DNA from: Candidatus Vogelbacteria bacterium RIFOXYD1_FULL_44_32
Lineage (GTDB): Bacteria > Patescibacteriota > Minisyncoccia > Phycocordibacterales > XYD1-FULL-46-19
Assembly (NCBI GenBank): GCA_001823065.1
Contig: MHTJ01000002.1
Location: 53,532-117,531 of the forward strand
Direction: 5' to 3'
DNA: 64,000 bases
Position 1 is the first letter of the stretch. Each line of letters starts with the position of its first letter. Under the pieces are notes generated by a model. The model ran no database searches. It worked only from the letters and a program-made list of their open reading frames with translations, and had not been told where the DNA came from. The position numbers and the translations under genes are program-made. Shown piece after piece: positions 17,611-27,927 of the stretch.

Positions 17611-18840
17611 ATGATTGACCTTAAAGCTTTAAATGCCGCCCTCGGCGAGCTCGAAGAAGAACGCAATATCCCCCGGGCTAAAATTATGGAGGCTATTTCC
17701 GATGCACTCGTGGCGGCTTACAAAAAAGACTACGGTAAAAAAGGCCAAATTATCAAGGCCAATTTTGACCTCAATACCGGCACGGCTGAATTTTATCAAG
17801 TAAAAATAGCCGTCGATGAAACCACTGTGCGCCCGGCGGTCGATGATGAAGAAGAAGTGGTAGTGGTGACACCCCCAGCTGTCGCAGGCGAGGATACGCC
17901 CGAGGAGCGCCCCCGTTTTAATGAAGAACACCATATTTGGCTCGCCGACGCTAAAAAGATTAAGCGTGATGTTGTCCTCGGTGAAGAATTGGTTTTTCCC
18001 CTCGAAGCCAAAGACGACTATGGTCGTATTGCCGCCCAAACCGCTAAACAAGTTATTATTCAGCGTATTCGCGAAGCCGAAAAGGTGTCTATTTTAGATG
18101 AATACGAAGGTAAGGAAGGGGAAATTATTAATGGCAAAGTGCAAAAGATTGAACGGGGTAATGTGTTTGTTGACCTCGGTCGCACCACGGCTATTTTACC
18201 CTTTGAAGAACAAATCCAAGGTGAGTTTTACCGCCAGGGCGAGCGGATCCGCGCCTACCTCTATTTAGTGGAAGACACTCCTCGTGGTATTGCCCTAAAA
18301 CTATCTCGCTCCCATCCTAAATTTGTCGAGGGTCTATTTTCTCTCGAAGCGCCCGAGGTCGCCTCGGGCGCCGTGGAAATCAAGGCCGTCGCCCGCGAAG
18401 CTGGCTCACGGACTAAAATCGCTGTCACTTCACACGACCACTCCATCGACCCGGTCGGCTCCATGGTTGGTCAGCGGGGTTCACGAGTGAATACCGTCAT
18501 CGCCGAGCTCGGTGGTGAAAAGCTCGATATTATTGAATGGTCAGACAACCCAGCCACTTTTATTGCCAATGCCCTCTCACCAGCCAAGGTCAACAATGTC
18601 ACCCCTAATGATGAGACCCACCAAGCGCTAGTCGATGTTCCCGCCGACCAATTTTCTCTCGCAGTGGGTAAGGGTGGCCAAAATGTCCGTCTCGCCGCTA
18701 AACTGACTAGCTGGAAAATAGATATCACGACACCAGAAAACTTGGCCCTACCGGAAGAAGATAAAACCGAAATTTCACCAGTTATAACAGATGAAGCGAA
18801 GGAGGAAAAAATTGACACCCCCGCCACTCCTGAAGCTTAA
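17611..18840 (+). CDS. nusA: Transcription termination factor NusA
   Basis: YGRIAAQTAKQVIIQRIREAE; AREAGSRTKIAV; AVGKGGQNVRLAAKLT. Confidence 0.98.
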   Translation: MIDLKALNAALGELEEERNIPRAKIMEAISDALVAAYKKDYGKKGQIIKANFDLNTGTAEFYQVKIAVDETTVRPAVDDEEEVVVVTPPAVAGEDTPEERPRFNEEHHIWLADAKKIKRDVVLGEELVFPLEAKDDYGRIAAQTAKQVIIQRIREAEKVSILDEYEGKEGEIINGKVQKIERGNVFVDLGRTTAILPFEEQIQGEFYRQGERIRAYLYLVEDTPRGIALKLSRSHPKFVEGLFSLEAPEVASGAVEIKAVAREAGSRTKIAVTSHDHSIDPVGSMVGQRGSRVNTVIAELGGEKLDIIEWSDNPATFIANALSPAKVNNVTPNDETHQALVDVPADQFSLAVGKGGQNVRLAAKLTSWKIDITTPENLALPEEDKTEISPVITDEAKEEKIDTPATPEA

Positions 18841-18875
18841 AATTAAAATTTATTAACTTTTAATTAATACAAAAT

Positions 18876-19403
18876 ATGAATCTTTGGCACGATATTCCCG
18901 CTGGTGACGCTTCGGCCCTCAATGTCATTATTGAAATCCCCAAGCTGTCCCGCATTAAATACGAATTAGATAAAGAAACTGGTCTCATCGGTGTGGACCG
19001 GGTACTTTACTCCCCAATGCACTATCCCGCCAACTACGGCTTTGTCCCCCAGACTTTATGGGACGATGGTGACCCTCTCGATGTTCTCGTGATGAGCCAT
19101 GAGCCATTTGTCCCGGGCTGTTTGGTCAAAGTCCGACCGGTGGGAGTAATGGAAATGACCGACGATGGCGACTCCGACGCCAAAGTGCTCTCGGTACCAG
19201 CTAAGGACCCCCGTTACAACAGTATTCAAAATCTGACCGATATTGACCCTCATACCCTCGAGGAAATCAAGCATTTCTTTAAGGTTTACAAGGATTTACA
19301 GAAAAAAGAGGTGGTGGTCGCCGACTGGCGAGACAAAAGCGAGGCCACCAAAGATATCCAGCACTCGTTTGATTTGTACCAAAAGAAATATCCCAAAAAC
19401 TAG
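18876..19403 (+). CDS. ppa: Inorganic pyrophosphatase
   Basis: KYELDK; YPANYGFVPQT; DGDPLDVLV. Confidence 0.97.
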   Translation: MNLWHDIPAGDASALNVIIEIPKLSRIKYELDKETGLIGVDRVLYSPMHYPANYGFVPQTLWDDGDPLDVLVMSHEPFVPGCLVKVRPVGVMEMTDDGDSDAKVLSVPAKDPRYNSIQNLTDIDPHTLEEIKHFFKVYKDLQKKEVVVADWRDKSEATKDIQHSFDLYQKKYPKN

Positions 19404-19494
19404 CTATCCGCCCTTTGTTGTGGCGAAATTTGCCTAAAAATGCTATACTAGTCAAGTGGCTGGTATAGCATTTTAGCTGACTAGCCCCCAACAT

Positions 19495-20073
19495 ATGAAA
19501 TCAAATATATTTAAAATCGCTATATTTTTAGCCGTATTTGCCTTTGGAACTCCCGCTCTGGCTCAATCTGGGCACTTGGCCACGATTCAGGACCAAGCCC
19601 GTGCCAACCGTGAGTCGTTTTTAAGGTTACAAAAAGAACCCCAAACCCCAGTCCCCGGCAATGCCACCAGCACCGAGGCCCGTCTAAATTCTTTAGATGG
19701 TAGAGTAAGTGAGATTCGGGAACAGACCATTCTGATCAATTATAACCGCATTATTGCCAAACTTGGGGTTTATACCAGTTATCTAGACAATGTAAATGAA
19801 CGTTTAGAAGACAAAGTACTGGAAAATGAAACCGCCGGCTTCGATGTAACAACCGCTGCCGCCTATGTCGCTTCCGCTAATTTGAGTTTAGAGACCGCCA
19901 GCTCAACTATTGCTACCGCCAGAGCTAGCTCGACCGAAGTTTTTCTAAGTGCCAACCCAAGTGGTGAGCTGATCATAATGAAAGAACGTTTGGTCAACAC
20001 TTCCCTCCTGATTCAAAAAGCCCGCGAAGCCATTGTCGCCGGTATTAATAGCTTAAAAACAGAAACCAAATAA
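19495..20073 (+). CDS. Secreted helical hypothetical protein
   Basis: Signal peptide ending ALA-Q; coiled-coil character. Confidence 0.7.
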   Translation: MKSNIFKIAIFLAVFAFGTPALAQSGHLATIQDQARANRESFLRLQKEPQTPVPGNATSTEARLNSLDGRVSEIREQTILINYNRIIAKLGVYTSYLDNVNERLEDKVLENETAGFDVTTAAAYVASANLSLETASSTIATARASSTEVFLSANPSGELIIMKERLVNTSLLIQKAREAIVAGINSLKTETK

Positions 20074-20080
20074 TTTGACT

Positions 20081-20380
20081 ATGGCTAAAACCCCGATGGA
20101 AGAATTGCGTTCGGTCGATGGTACTAAAGGCCCATTGTTTGCCACCATCGTCATTATTATTGTTTTACTGATCGGTGGGGTCACTGTTTTTTACGGCCAG
20201 TTTAAAAAGAGTCGCGAGTGGCAAAAGGCCTACAACAACGCCACCCTGACCGAGGCCCAAGCCGACAAGATTCCGGCCACCAGCACCTCGACCAACCTAG
20301 ATACTTTAGAGACTGATTTGGAAGTGACCGACTTGTCGACCCTAGACGCTGATATTGATTCCTTGCCTACCACTTATTGA
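20081..20380 (+). CDS. Single-TM hypothetical protein
   Basis: GPLFATIVIIIVLLIGG TM; acidic tail. Confidence 0.7.
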   Translation: MAKTPMEELRSVDGTKGPLFATIVIIIVLLIGGVTVFYGQFKKSREWQKAYNNATLTEAQADKIPATSTSTNLDTLETDLEVTDLSTLDADIDSLPTTY

Positions 20381-20388
20381 GTAAAATT

Positions 20389-20425
20389 AAGAACCCCCGC
20401 CGCGCTTCGCGCGGCGGGGGTTCTT
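20389..20425 (+). terminator. Intrinsic terminator
   Basis: aagaacccccgccgcgc-ttc-gcgcggcgggggttctt. Confidence 0.75.
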
Positions 20426-20467
20426 TAATTTGGCATTTTAATAATTTTCAGGTAGATTATGGGGGCT

Positions 20468-21496
20468 ATGATCAATGTCACCATCACTAAACTACCCGCG
20501 TCGGAAATAGAAATCACTGGTGAAATACCGGTCGATATTTTTATGGCCGGTTGGAGTGACGCCCTAAAACGGCTGGGGGCCAAGGCCGAAATCCCCGGTT
20601 TTCGGCCCGGCCACGTGCCCGAAAAAATCCTCAATGAGAAAATCGGGGACGACCGGATTTTGTTGGAAATGGCCGAAGAAGCCCTGCAAAAAACTTATCC
20701 CGAAATAATTGTCACCCACAAAATCGAGGCCATCGGCGAACCAGAGATTACTATCACCAAAATTGCCAAAGACAATCCGTTGGGTTTTAAAATAAAAACC
20801 GCCGTCTTGCCAGAATTTACTTTGCCCGACTATCAAAAAATTATTAAAGAAATCGGGGCTAAACACCCTGACGAAAGTGAAGTAGCCGACGAGGAAGTCG
20901 AGAAAGCAGTGGAGGAAATCCGCCAGATTCGCGCCCGCGAAAGCAATGACCCCACCGCTAAGGATTTGCCGGAAGTTAATGAAGACTTTGTCAAAAAACT
21001 TGGTGATTTTTCATCAGTGGCCGATTTTAAAACCAAACTCAAAGCCAATATTAGTGCCGACAAGAAAAACAAAAGTCAGGAAAAAAGGCATCTGGCCATT
21101 ATCGAAGCGATCGGCCTTAAATCTAATCTTGCCATACCAAAACTTCTCATCGACAATGAACTAAACAAAATGTTGGCCGAGATGAGAAGCCAAATCGAAA
21201 GAATGGGTCTAAAATTTGACGACTACCTTATTCATCTCAAAAAAACCACGGACGAATTAAAACAGGGCTGGCAGGAAGACGCTGTAAAAAGAGTCCGCTT
21301 TGGTTTAGTGGTAAGAAAGTTGGCCGAGGCGGAAAAAATAAAACCCGATCACGACACTGTCCACGCTGAAATCAAACACATTTTGGAACACAACCCCGAG
21401 CTAAAAGGTGAAGTGGCCGAGGACCGTATCCACGCCTATGTGGAAAATGTGATGACCTCCGACTTGGTGATGAAGTTTTTGGATGGAGTGAAATAA
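20468..21496 (+). CDS. tig: Trigger factor lacking the FKBP PPIase domain
   Basis: IPGFRPGHVP ribosome-binding loop; N-domain joined directly to LPEVNEDFVK C-domain; upstream of clpP. Confidence 0.93.
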   Translation: MINVTITKLPASEIEITGEIPVDIFMAGWSDALKRLGAKAEIPGFRPGHVPEKILNEKIGDDRILLEMAEEALQKTYPEIIVTHKIEAIGEPEITITKIAKDNPLGFKIKTAVLPEFTLPDYQKIIKEIGAKHPDESEVADEEVEKAVEEIRQIRARESNDPTAKDLPEVNEDFVKKLGDFSSVADFKTKLKANISADKKNKSQEKRHLAIIEAIGLKSNLAIPKLLIDNELNKMLAEMRSQIERMGLKFDDYLIHLKKTTDELKQGWQEDAVKRVRFGLVVRKLAEAEKIKPDHDTVHAEIKHILEHNPELKGEVAEDRIHAYVENVMTSDLVMKFLDGVK

Positions 21497-21555
21497 TTGC
21501 CTAGGCTATAAAAATCTTTTATACTCCAATTACTAATTAATCTAAAATAATCCTT

Positions 21556-22146
21556 ATGTTAATCCCCACTGTTATCGAAAAGTCCCAATTTGGTGAGCGG
21601 GTCTACGACATTTACTCACGTCTTTTACGCGAGCGCATTATTTTCCTCGGGGGCCATATCGACGACCACGTCGCCAATATCATTATTGCCCAGTTGCTTT
21701 TTCTCGAGTCCGAAGACCCCAAGAAAGATATTAAACTTTATATAAACTCCCCTGGCGGCTCGGTCACCGCGACACTCGCCATGATCGACACTATGGACCA
21801 TGTCGCACCCGATGTCTCGACTATTTGCGTCGGTATGGCCGCTTCTGGTGGTGCACTTATCTTAGGGGCAGGAGCCAAGGGCAAGCGCCTTGCTCTACCA
21901 AACTCGGAAATGATGATCCACCAGCCACTTGGTGGTATTGAGGGCCAAGCTTCTGATATTGAAATTACCGCTCGGAATATTATAAAAACCAAAGACAATC
22001 TAAACAAAATGTTATCGCGCTTTACCGGCAAATCTCTGGCCCAAATAGAAAAAGACGCCGATCGCGACTTCTATATGTCGGCCGACGAAGCCAAGAAGTA
22101 TGGCTTGATTGATGAGGTCATAAAACCAAAAGGGCCTAAAAAATAG
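21556..22146 (+). CDS. clpP: ATP-dependent Clp protease proteolytic subunit
   Basis: [14 protein letters not shown]; YINSPGGSV; GMAASGG; MIHQP. Confidence 0.98.
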   Translation: MLIPTVIEKSQFGERVYDIYSRLLRERIIFLGGHIDDHVANIIIAQLLFLESEDPKKDIKLYINSPGGSVTATLAMIDTMDHVAPDVSTICVGMAASGGALILGAGAKGKRLALPNSEMMIHQPLGGIEGQASDIEITARNIIKTKDNLNKMLSRFTGKSLAQIEKDADRDFYMSADEAKKYGLIDEVIKPKGPKK

Positions 22147-22241
22147 GTCGCTCGGAAAAATAAACATTAGAAAACCACTCCAGTGAGTGGTTTTCTTCTG
22201 CTCAAGCAAGAGCTATTAGACATTTATATAGAATTTATTTC

Positions 22242-23021
22242 TTACTCAATGAACAGCGGTCCTACATTTTCGTTTAATTCAAATGTCCTCATCTTACTTT
22301 CTCCATCAATGCGATACATCATCTTTAAGAATTTTACTGAATAATTACCAGAGGAATATGGTATAAGCCATATAGTTGCTCCTATTTTACTAGTTTTTCC
22401 TGCTTTAATTCTGCAAAAATTTTCTCTCATTAGCCCACAGTTTACATCTGAATCTTGTGTGCCATTAAATTCCTTACCATCAACTGTATAGAAAAAACCT
22501 ATGGTCATATTTTTTGAATTTGATGTCGCCTGTGGCACATATACATCTTTATTGCCGGCAGTAATAGATATATCAATACTATAGGATCCATAAGTCCCGC
22601 CATCTCTCGAATACACATTTGATCCAACCCAGTCAACTTTGATTTCTGGGTCATCTGATAGCGCAGGTTCAACTGATTCAGGTGCAATAATGGAAGCAGA
22701 ATCTGTAATAGCAGGATAATTGACGATCGGGTTTGTTGGTTTAGGTTCATTCGTAATCGCCTTTAATGCTCCAATTTCCTTTTTAAGCCCATTAATTTCT
22801 GATTGTTGGTTTACAGATTTTATATTGGTCTCTGTTTTAATATCTGCAATAGTTTTTTTAACGTCCTTATTTTGATCTGTTGATGTAGCATATTCAGTTA
22901 CCTTTTCTTTATTCCAAGCAAAACTAAACCAAGAAAAAGGGTTCCACCATGCCGCGAAAACAACATTAGGAGCAGTCAACACAATAAACAAAATCACAAT
23001 AAAAATATATTTAATTTTCAT
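22242..23021 (-). CDS. AT-rich secreted protein with WWNPFSW motif
   Basis: Signal peptide followed by AAWWNPFSWF, a coiled coil and a beta-rich C-terminal domain. Confidence 0.7.
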   Translation of the reverse strand: MKIKYIFIVILFIVLTAPNVVFAAWWNPFSWFSFAWNKEKVTEYATSTDQNKDVKKTIADIKTETNIKSVNQQSEINGLKKEIGALKAITNEPKPTNPIVNYPAITDSASIIAPESVEPALSDDPEIKVDWVGSNVYSRDGGTYGSYSIDISITAGNKDVYVPQATSNSKNMTIGFFYTVDGKEFNGTQDSDVNCGLMRENFCRIKAGKTSKIGATIWLIPYSSGNYSVKFLKMMYRIDGESKMRTFELNENVGPLFIE

Positions 23022-23176
23022 AACAAATTTATCAGAAAAAGCTATAATATCGTAACTATAATATTTAAAAGATACTTTGTCTACAAGACATCCGAACTAA
23101 TTTTCTCCCACCTCGACAGATTTCAATATCTTTGATATTATAAAAATATCCAATTATTAATTGTTAAATGCTGACA

Positions 23177-23304
23177 CCTGATTGCAGTTTGCCCGAAGAA
23201 GAAATTTGACCAAAAAAAAAGACCCGATGAAACCTTTCCTTTACCGAACTAAGTCTCACCTAGCCTTAATTTAGGCCAGTTTTTTCAACTAAACTGCGGT
23301 CGGG
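23177..23304 (+). ncRNA. Candidate structured RNA upstream of rny (6S-like or leader)
   Basis: 14-bp closing stem cctgattgcagttt / aaactgcggtcggg including 3 G-U pairs. Confidence 0.4.
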
Positions 23305-23321
23305 CTAAGCCCTATCGTATT

Positions 23322-24851
23322 ATGAATCTATTAACCGTCATCATCCTCGCCGGCACCGCCGGGATAGGAGGAATTGTCATTGGTTATTTTCTACGCTGGC
23401 TGGTTACCCTTGGTCAAAAGGGCTCCATGGAGCTCACTATTAAGCAAACCCTGCTCGATGCCAAGGACAAAGCCCAGCAGATTATTGCCGATGCGGAAAA
23501 AGACAGTGCTGAAACCCTCGCCGAGGCCCGCAAAAAAGAGAGCGAGAAAGAAGCTAGTTTAAAGAAATTAGAAGACCGTCTGCTGACTAAGGATGAAACC
23601 TTGGACAAACGGCAAAGTGATATTGATACCGAAGCGGAAAATCTTAGGAAAAAAGCCGAAGAAATTCGCCAAATTAAAGAAAAAGTGGAAGCCTTAAAAA
23701 TTACCGAAGAAACAGAATTAGCGCGCATTGCCAATCTGTCGAAGGAAAACGCTCGGGAGGAAATAATAAAGCGGACTGAGAAAGATTACGAAGAAGACCT
23801 GCTGGTGCGCATGCGCAAATTAGAACATAACGCCGAAGAAAGGCTAGAAAATCGGGCCAAGGATATTTTATCTACGACAATCCAACGGTTGGCCAACTCG
23901 ACCGTGCCCGAGGTAATGTCCACCAATGTTGATATTCCATCGGACGATATTAAAGGCAAGATCATCGGCAAAGAAGGCCGAAATATCCGCACTTTTGAGA
24001 AGGAAACAGGGGTAGAAGTTATTATTGATGATACCCCCGGCTCGATTGTCCTCTCGTCTTTTGACCCCATCCGCCGGCAAATTGCCAAGGTGGCACTCGA
24101 AAACCTAATTACTGATGGGCGGATTCAGCCCGCCAAAATTGAGGAACTGGTCGCCAAAGCGAAAGAAGATGTGTCCAAAATTATTAAGGAAAAAGGCGAG
24201 CAAGCCGCTTATGAGGTGGGGGTTTTAAACTTAGACCCGCGCATTTTGCTTATCCTTGGTCGCCTCCACTTCCGGACCAGCTATGGTCAAAATGTTTTGC
24301 AACACTCGATCGAGATGGCCCACTTTGCGGGCATGCTCGCCGAGGAATTGGGCGCCGATATTCAGGTGGCCAAAGCGGGAGCACTCTTGCACGACATTGG
24401 TAAGGCGGTGGACCACGAAGTTTCTGGTACTCATGTGGAAATCGGTCGCCGGATTCTCGAAAAATTTGAGGCTGGCGAAGCAATTATTAAAGCCATGCAA
24501 GCCCACCACGAGGAATACCCCTACGAAACGATTGAATCGATTATTGTTCAAACTGCCGATGCTATTTCTGGTGGCCGCCCAGGGGCCAGACGTGATAGTC
24601 TAGAAAATTATTTGAAACGATTGAAGGATTTGGAGGATATCGCCAATTCATTTACTGGGATCGAAAAAACTTATGCTATCCAAGCGGGGCGAGAAATCCG
24701 GGTTTTTGTTCGTCCCGACCAGCTGGGCGATATTGAAGCCAAAAAACTGGCCCGTGATATTGTGTTAAAAATTGAAAAAGAATTAAAGTACCCAGGCGAA
24801 ATCAAAGTGACAGTCATTCGAGATTCCCGAGTAGTAGAGTACGCGAGATAA
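23322..24851 (+). CDS. rny: Ribonuclease Y
   Basis: N-terminal TM; coiled coil; KH KGKIIGKEGRNIR; HD LLHDIGKA; RPGARRD. Confidence 0.98.
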   Translation: MNLLTVIILAGTAGIGGIVIGYFLRWLVTLGQKGSMELTIKQTLLDAKDKAQQIIADAEKDSAETLAEARKKESEKEASLKKLEDRLLTKDETLDKRQSDIDTEAENLRKKAEEIRQIKEKVEALKITEETELARIANLSKENAREEIIKRTEKDYEEDLLVRMRKLEHNAEERLENRAKDILSTTIQRLANSTVPEVMSTNVDIPSDDIKGKIIGKEGRNIRTFEKETGVEVIIDDTPGSIVLSSFDPIRRQIAKVALENLITDGRIQPAKIEELVAKAKEDVSKIIKEKGEQAAYEVGVLNLDPRILLILGRLHFRTSYGQNVLQHSIEMAHFAGMLAEELGADIQVAKAGALLHDIGKAVDHEVSGTHVEIGRRILEKFEAGEAIIKAMQAHHEEYPYETIESIIVQTADAISGGRPGARRDSLENYLKRLKDLEDIANSFTGIEKTYAIQAGREIRVFVRPDQLGDIEAKKLARDIVLKIEKELKYPGEIKVTVIRDSRVVEYAR

Positions 24852-24982
24852 AAATAAAGTAGCACCCAAAAATCTCCTCCTCTGGGGGATTTTTAGGGGC
24901 TATTGCACCTCCTGGCCCTAAAATATATACTGTACCCAAGTTTTGAAAGGTCGTGCCATTAGCAAAATAAGTCACACCTGGT

Positions 24983-25255
24983 ATGAACAAGCAAGCAATC
25001 GTCGAAGAAGTATACTCCGCCCTCGGCGGGACCAAAGCGGCCGCCGAAAAAGCAGTTGATATCGTCGTTGATTCGATTGTCACCACCCTCAAAAAGGGCG
25101 ACGAAGTATCTATTGCCGGTCTCGGTATCTTCTCCACCAAACAGCGGGCAGCCCGCACAGCGCGTAACCCACGTACTGGTGAAGCGGTCAAGGTCCAAGC
25201 GATGCGCGTGCCCAAATTTCGCGCCGCCAAGGCCCTCAAAGATGCGGTGAAGTAA
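24983..25255 (+). CDS. hup: DNA-binding protein HU
   Basis: VSIAGLGIF; RAARTARNPRTGE; PKFRAAKALKDAV. Confidence 0.97.
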   Translation: MNKQAIVEEVYSALGGTKAAAEKAVDIVVDSIVTTLKKGDEVSIAGLGIFSTKQRAARTARNPRTGEAVKVQAMRVPKFRAAKALKDAVK

Positions 25256-25327
25256 AAACAGAAAACTTTCTCGAGAAAGGTTTCTCACTACACGAAAAAA
25301 CCCGTCTGCAAACGGGTTTTTTCGTGC

Positions 25328-26170
25328 CTATTTTTTGTTTTTATAACAGATTTTATCTATTTCCTTTTTAAATTCGGCTAGTAGCCACTTGGTATTTGGT
25401 CCAACTTTACCGTTTCCGATTTTCAAATTATCAATTTTTACAATCGGTACCACATATTTATTGGTGGCTGTGAGAAACGCCTCGTCGGCGTCGGCCAATT
25501 CACTGACCAAAAGTTCTCGCTCTTCAACTTTAAATTTTTTTCGCGCCAATTTTAAAACTATTTTTCTGGTTACTCCCGCCAAAATATCATTTTTTGGAGT
25601 GATTAAAGTATTGCCTTTAAAAATACCAAAATTACTCATGGCACACTCCAAAATTTTACCATTATCGACATACAATATTTCTATCGCTCCCGCTTTTTGT
25701 CTTTTTTCTTGCCATTTCACCGCCACGGCGTAATTGGTATGTTTGGCTTCAGCCAAGGGTCGCGCATGTTGTACAGTAATAAGCTTAGCCCCTTTTGTGA
25801 AAACATCCGGTGAATAGTCGGTCAATTTATCCATTAAAATAAAAAATTGTGACTTACCTAAACTTATACCATCGTCACTTGCCCCACCCGTAAGCACCAA
25901 GCGAACACTGGCATCTTTTAACTTATTTTTTACCAACAAATTAGCCGTCGCTTTTAAAACAGTATTAAGCTCGACGGGCACCTTTAGCCCCAGCAACTTG
26001 GCCGACTGACAAAAACGCACAAAATGGTCCTCTAAATGAAATGGCGTTTTGTTGTATATCCGCGCAAAATCAAACACCCCGTAGCCCCGCAAAACCGCTA
26101 GGTCATTGGCCAGTACTTTGGTTTCAGTTAGTTTTACAATCTTATTATTAGCGTAACAGTAGGGAGACAT
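25328..26170 (-). CDS. Class IV PLP aminotransferase (IlvE/D-amino-acid type)
   Basis: RGYGVFD; HFVRF; AKHTNY; ILAGVTRKIV; ADEAFLTAT. Confidence 0.93.
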   Translation of the reverse strand: MSPYCYANNKIVKLTETKVLANDLAVLRGYGVFDFARIYNKTPFHLEDHFVRFCQSAKLLGLKVPVELNTVLKATANLLVKNKLKDASVRLVLTGGASDDGISLGKSQFFILMDKLTDYSPDVFTKGAKLITVQHARPLAEAKHTNYAVAVKWQEKRQKAGAIEILYVDNGKILECAMSNFGIFKGNTLITPKNDILAGVTRKIVLKLARKKFKVEERELLVSELADADEAFLTATNKYVVPIVKIDNLKIGNGKVGPNTKWLLAEFKKEIDKICYKNKK

Positions 26171-26299
26171 AATTAAAAAATTAAAAAAGTAATGGAGTAA
26201 TTTTAGCAGGTTTTGCTTTTCGCAACAGACTTGTCCTTAGCTAAATTAGTGTTAGAGTATGAAAAGATGTCTAAACCTCAACTCAAAGGAGAAAGGCCA

Positions 26300-26839
26300 A
26301 TGGCGACGCAAGCGACTGTTGTCTTTCTCTGTCGAGAGAAAGAGGTGTATATGGGGATGAAAACCGACAAAATCGGTGTCGGTTGTTACACTGGGCCCGG
26401 GGGCAAAATCCACACCAATAAAGAAGGAGTAGCTCTAGAATCCATCCCAGACTGTGCTAGTCGCGAAGTTTTCGAGGAAATTGGGGTCATTGTGATGCCG
26501 AAAAGCCTCGACCAAGTGGCTATTATTTCGTTTGTAAACCAAGGAGAAACTCCAGCTAACACTAGTGTGTTTGAAGTTTATTTTTTTCTCACGCACAAGT
26601 GGCTGGGCGAGCCGATTGACTCGGCCGAGATGAAAGCTGGTCGCTGGTTTCCGATTAGTGACCTAATCGAAAGACCCACAACCACCGCCAAGCTCATGGC
26701 CGCCGACCCACTGTTTCTGCCCTTGATTTTCTCTGGTCAGAAAATCATTGGCGAGTGTATCTACGCCCCCGGTGGCCAGAAAGTGGTGGAAGACTGGCAC
26801 TACGAAGTTGTTGAAGATTTTTCTGAATTTACTGTCTAG
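26300..26839 (+). CDS. NUDIX hydrolase, 8-oxo-dGTPase-like
   Basis: GPGGKI...ESIPDCASREVFEEIGV Nudix box; SD AAGGAG before ATG 26300. Confidence 0.85.
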   Translation: MATQATVVFLCREKEVYMGMKTDKIGVGCYTGPGGKIHTNKEGVALESIPDCASREVFEEIGVIVMPKSLDQVAIISFVNQGETPANTSVFEVYFFLTHKWLGEPIDSAEMKAGRWFPISDLIERPTTTAKLMAADPLFLPLIFSGQKIIGECIYAPGGQKVVEDWHYEVVEDFSEFTV

Positions 26840-26873
26840 CATGCTCGCCCCGAAACTAGGGGCGAGTTTTTTT

Positions 26874-27069
26874 GTGCGGGTAGGGAGAATCGGTCAGGAA
26901 TAATTTCTCGCCGCCGCTCAAAATTTTCACGACCCTGGCTCATCTGTTTCTCTTGCTAGATAAACATGATTCCGCCTTTCGATTCCCCACGCAAGGTAAG
27001 CAGTTACCTTGCTCATCCCCGCCACTAGAGCCACAAAAATACCAGGCATAAACCTGGTATTTTTGTGGC
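26874..27069 (-). repeat. tRNA-downstream element (hairpin, core B and tRNA 3'-end copy)
   Basis: 26874-26892 matches the tRNA end 27072-27090 at 18/19; inverted T-arm copy at 26978-26988; 33/34 identity with 34970-35003. Confidence 0.8.
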
Positions 27070-27072
27070 CAG

Positions 27073-27143
27073 TGCGGGTAGGGGGAATCGAACTCCCGTC
27101 TGCACATTGGAAGTGTGCCATTCTACCACTAAACTATACCCGC
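27073..27143 (-). tRNA. tRNA-Gly(TCC), CCA not encoded
   Basis: GCGGGTA acceptor; GCACA-CT-TCC-AA-TGTGC anticodon arm; GTTCGATTC T-loop. Confidence 0.97.
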
Positions 27144-27147
27144 ATAT

Positions 27148-27813
27148 TTATCTAAGTACATTTTCTATCCAAGCATTAATCCTTCGGGCAAGATACACTC
27201 CAAATCTCTTGTCCCCATTACTCACTATACTAAGATGAGCTGTTCCAAAAGGCAACTTTCCTTTATTGAACTTTTTTTTATCCTTTCTTTGGTCAATTTG
27301 TATTTTTTGAAAATAATCTTTTTTAATTCCAAGCTCTTTTGACCAAAAATTAATCGCATCTACCACTTTATTGTCTGGATAGAGATGTAATCTAACCCTA
27401 AAATTAGAAATTGACAAGCCACATATTTCTTTAAACCATCTTACTGCTAATTTTATAATTTTTGGATCGGAATTAATAATCCTAACAGAATCATTTGTTT
27501 TTGCCCCCTCACCTAGATAAAGTCCAATACCCAACATAAATAAATCCCTTTTATTTAATACCCCAACATCTCTAATCGCCTCCTTTTTAGCAGCACTAAT
27601 AGATTCCAACTTTATTCTACGTTTAGCAAAATTTGAAGCCAGTCTCGCTTTTCCAATTTTATCTATGGTGTATTTATTAGGAGTATATGGAACATCCGAA
27701 AGCCAATAACTCAAAGTTCCCTTGGAAATATTCATTTTTTCATAAATATATCCATATGAGTATCCTTTCTTTCTCAATAAGACAGCTTCACTTTTGATTG
27801 ATTTCGAAATCAC
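27148..27813 (-). CDS. HTH plus single LAGLIDADG-like domain protein abutting the tRNA
   Basis: RKKGYSY...ISKGTLSYWL HTH; LGIGLYLGEG; INSDPKII; AT-rich; stop 4 nt before the tRNA 5' end. Confidence 0.7.
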   Translation of the reverse strand: MISKSIKSEAVLLRKKGYSYGYIYEKMNISKGTLSYWLSDVPYTPNKYTIDKIGKARLASNFAKRRIKLESISAAKKEAIRDVGVLNKRDLFMLGIGLYLGEGAKTNDSVRIINSDPKIIKLAVRWFKEICGLSISNFRVRLHLYPDNKVVDAINFWSKELGIKKDYFQKIQIDQRKDKKKFNKGKLPFGTAHLSIVSNGDKRFGVYLARRINAWIENVLR

Positions 27814-27927
27814 ATATTAATCATAGCATATATGATATCACAGTTCAATTAAATTATCTTGACCACTTCAACCAAAGAAAAAGTGCCGGTTTATGGCCGG
27901 CACTTGGGAAACCACTATTTGAATTTT

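Noticed and set aside
17629-18827. Antisense ORFs inside nusA and many other core genes
   Set aside because: Shadow frames of well-supported genes on the opposite strand
26874-26990. Possible extra or intron-split tRNA genes in the downstream elements
   Set aside because: Only T-arm and acceptor 3' fragments are present; I found no D-arm, anticodon arm or matching 5' acceptor strand
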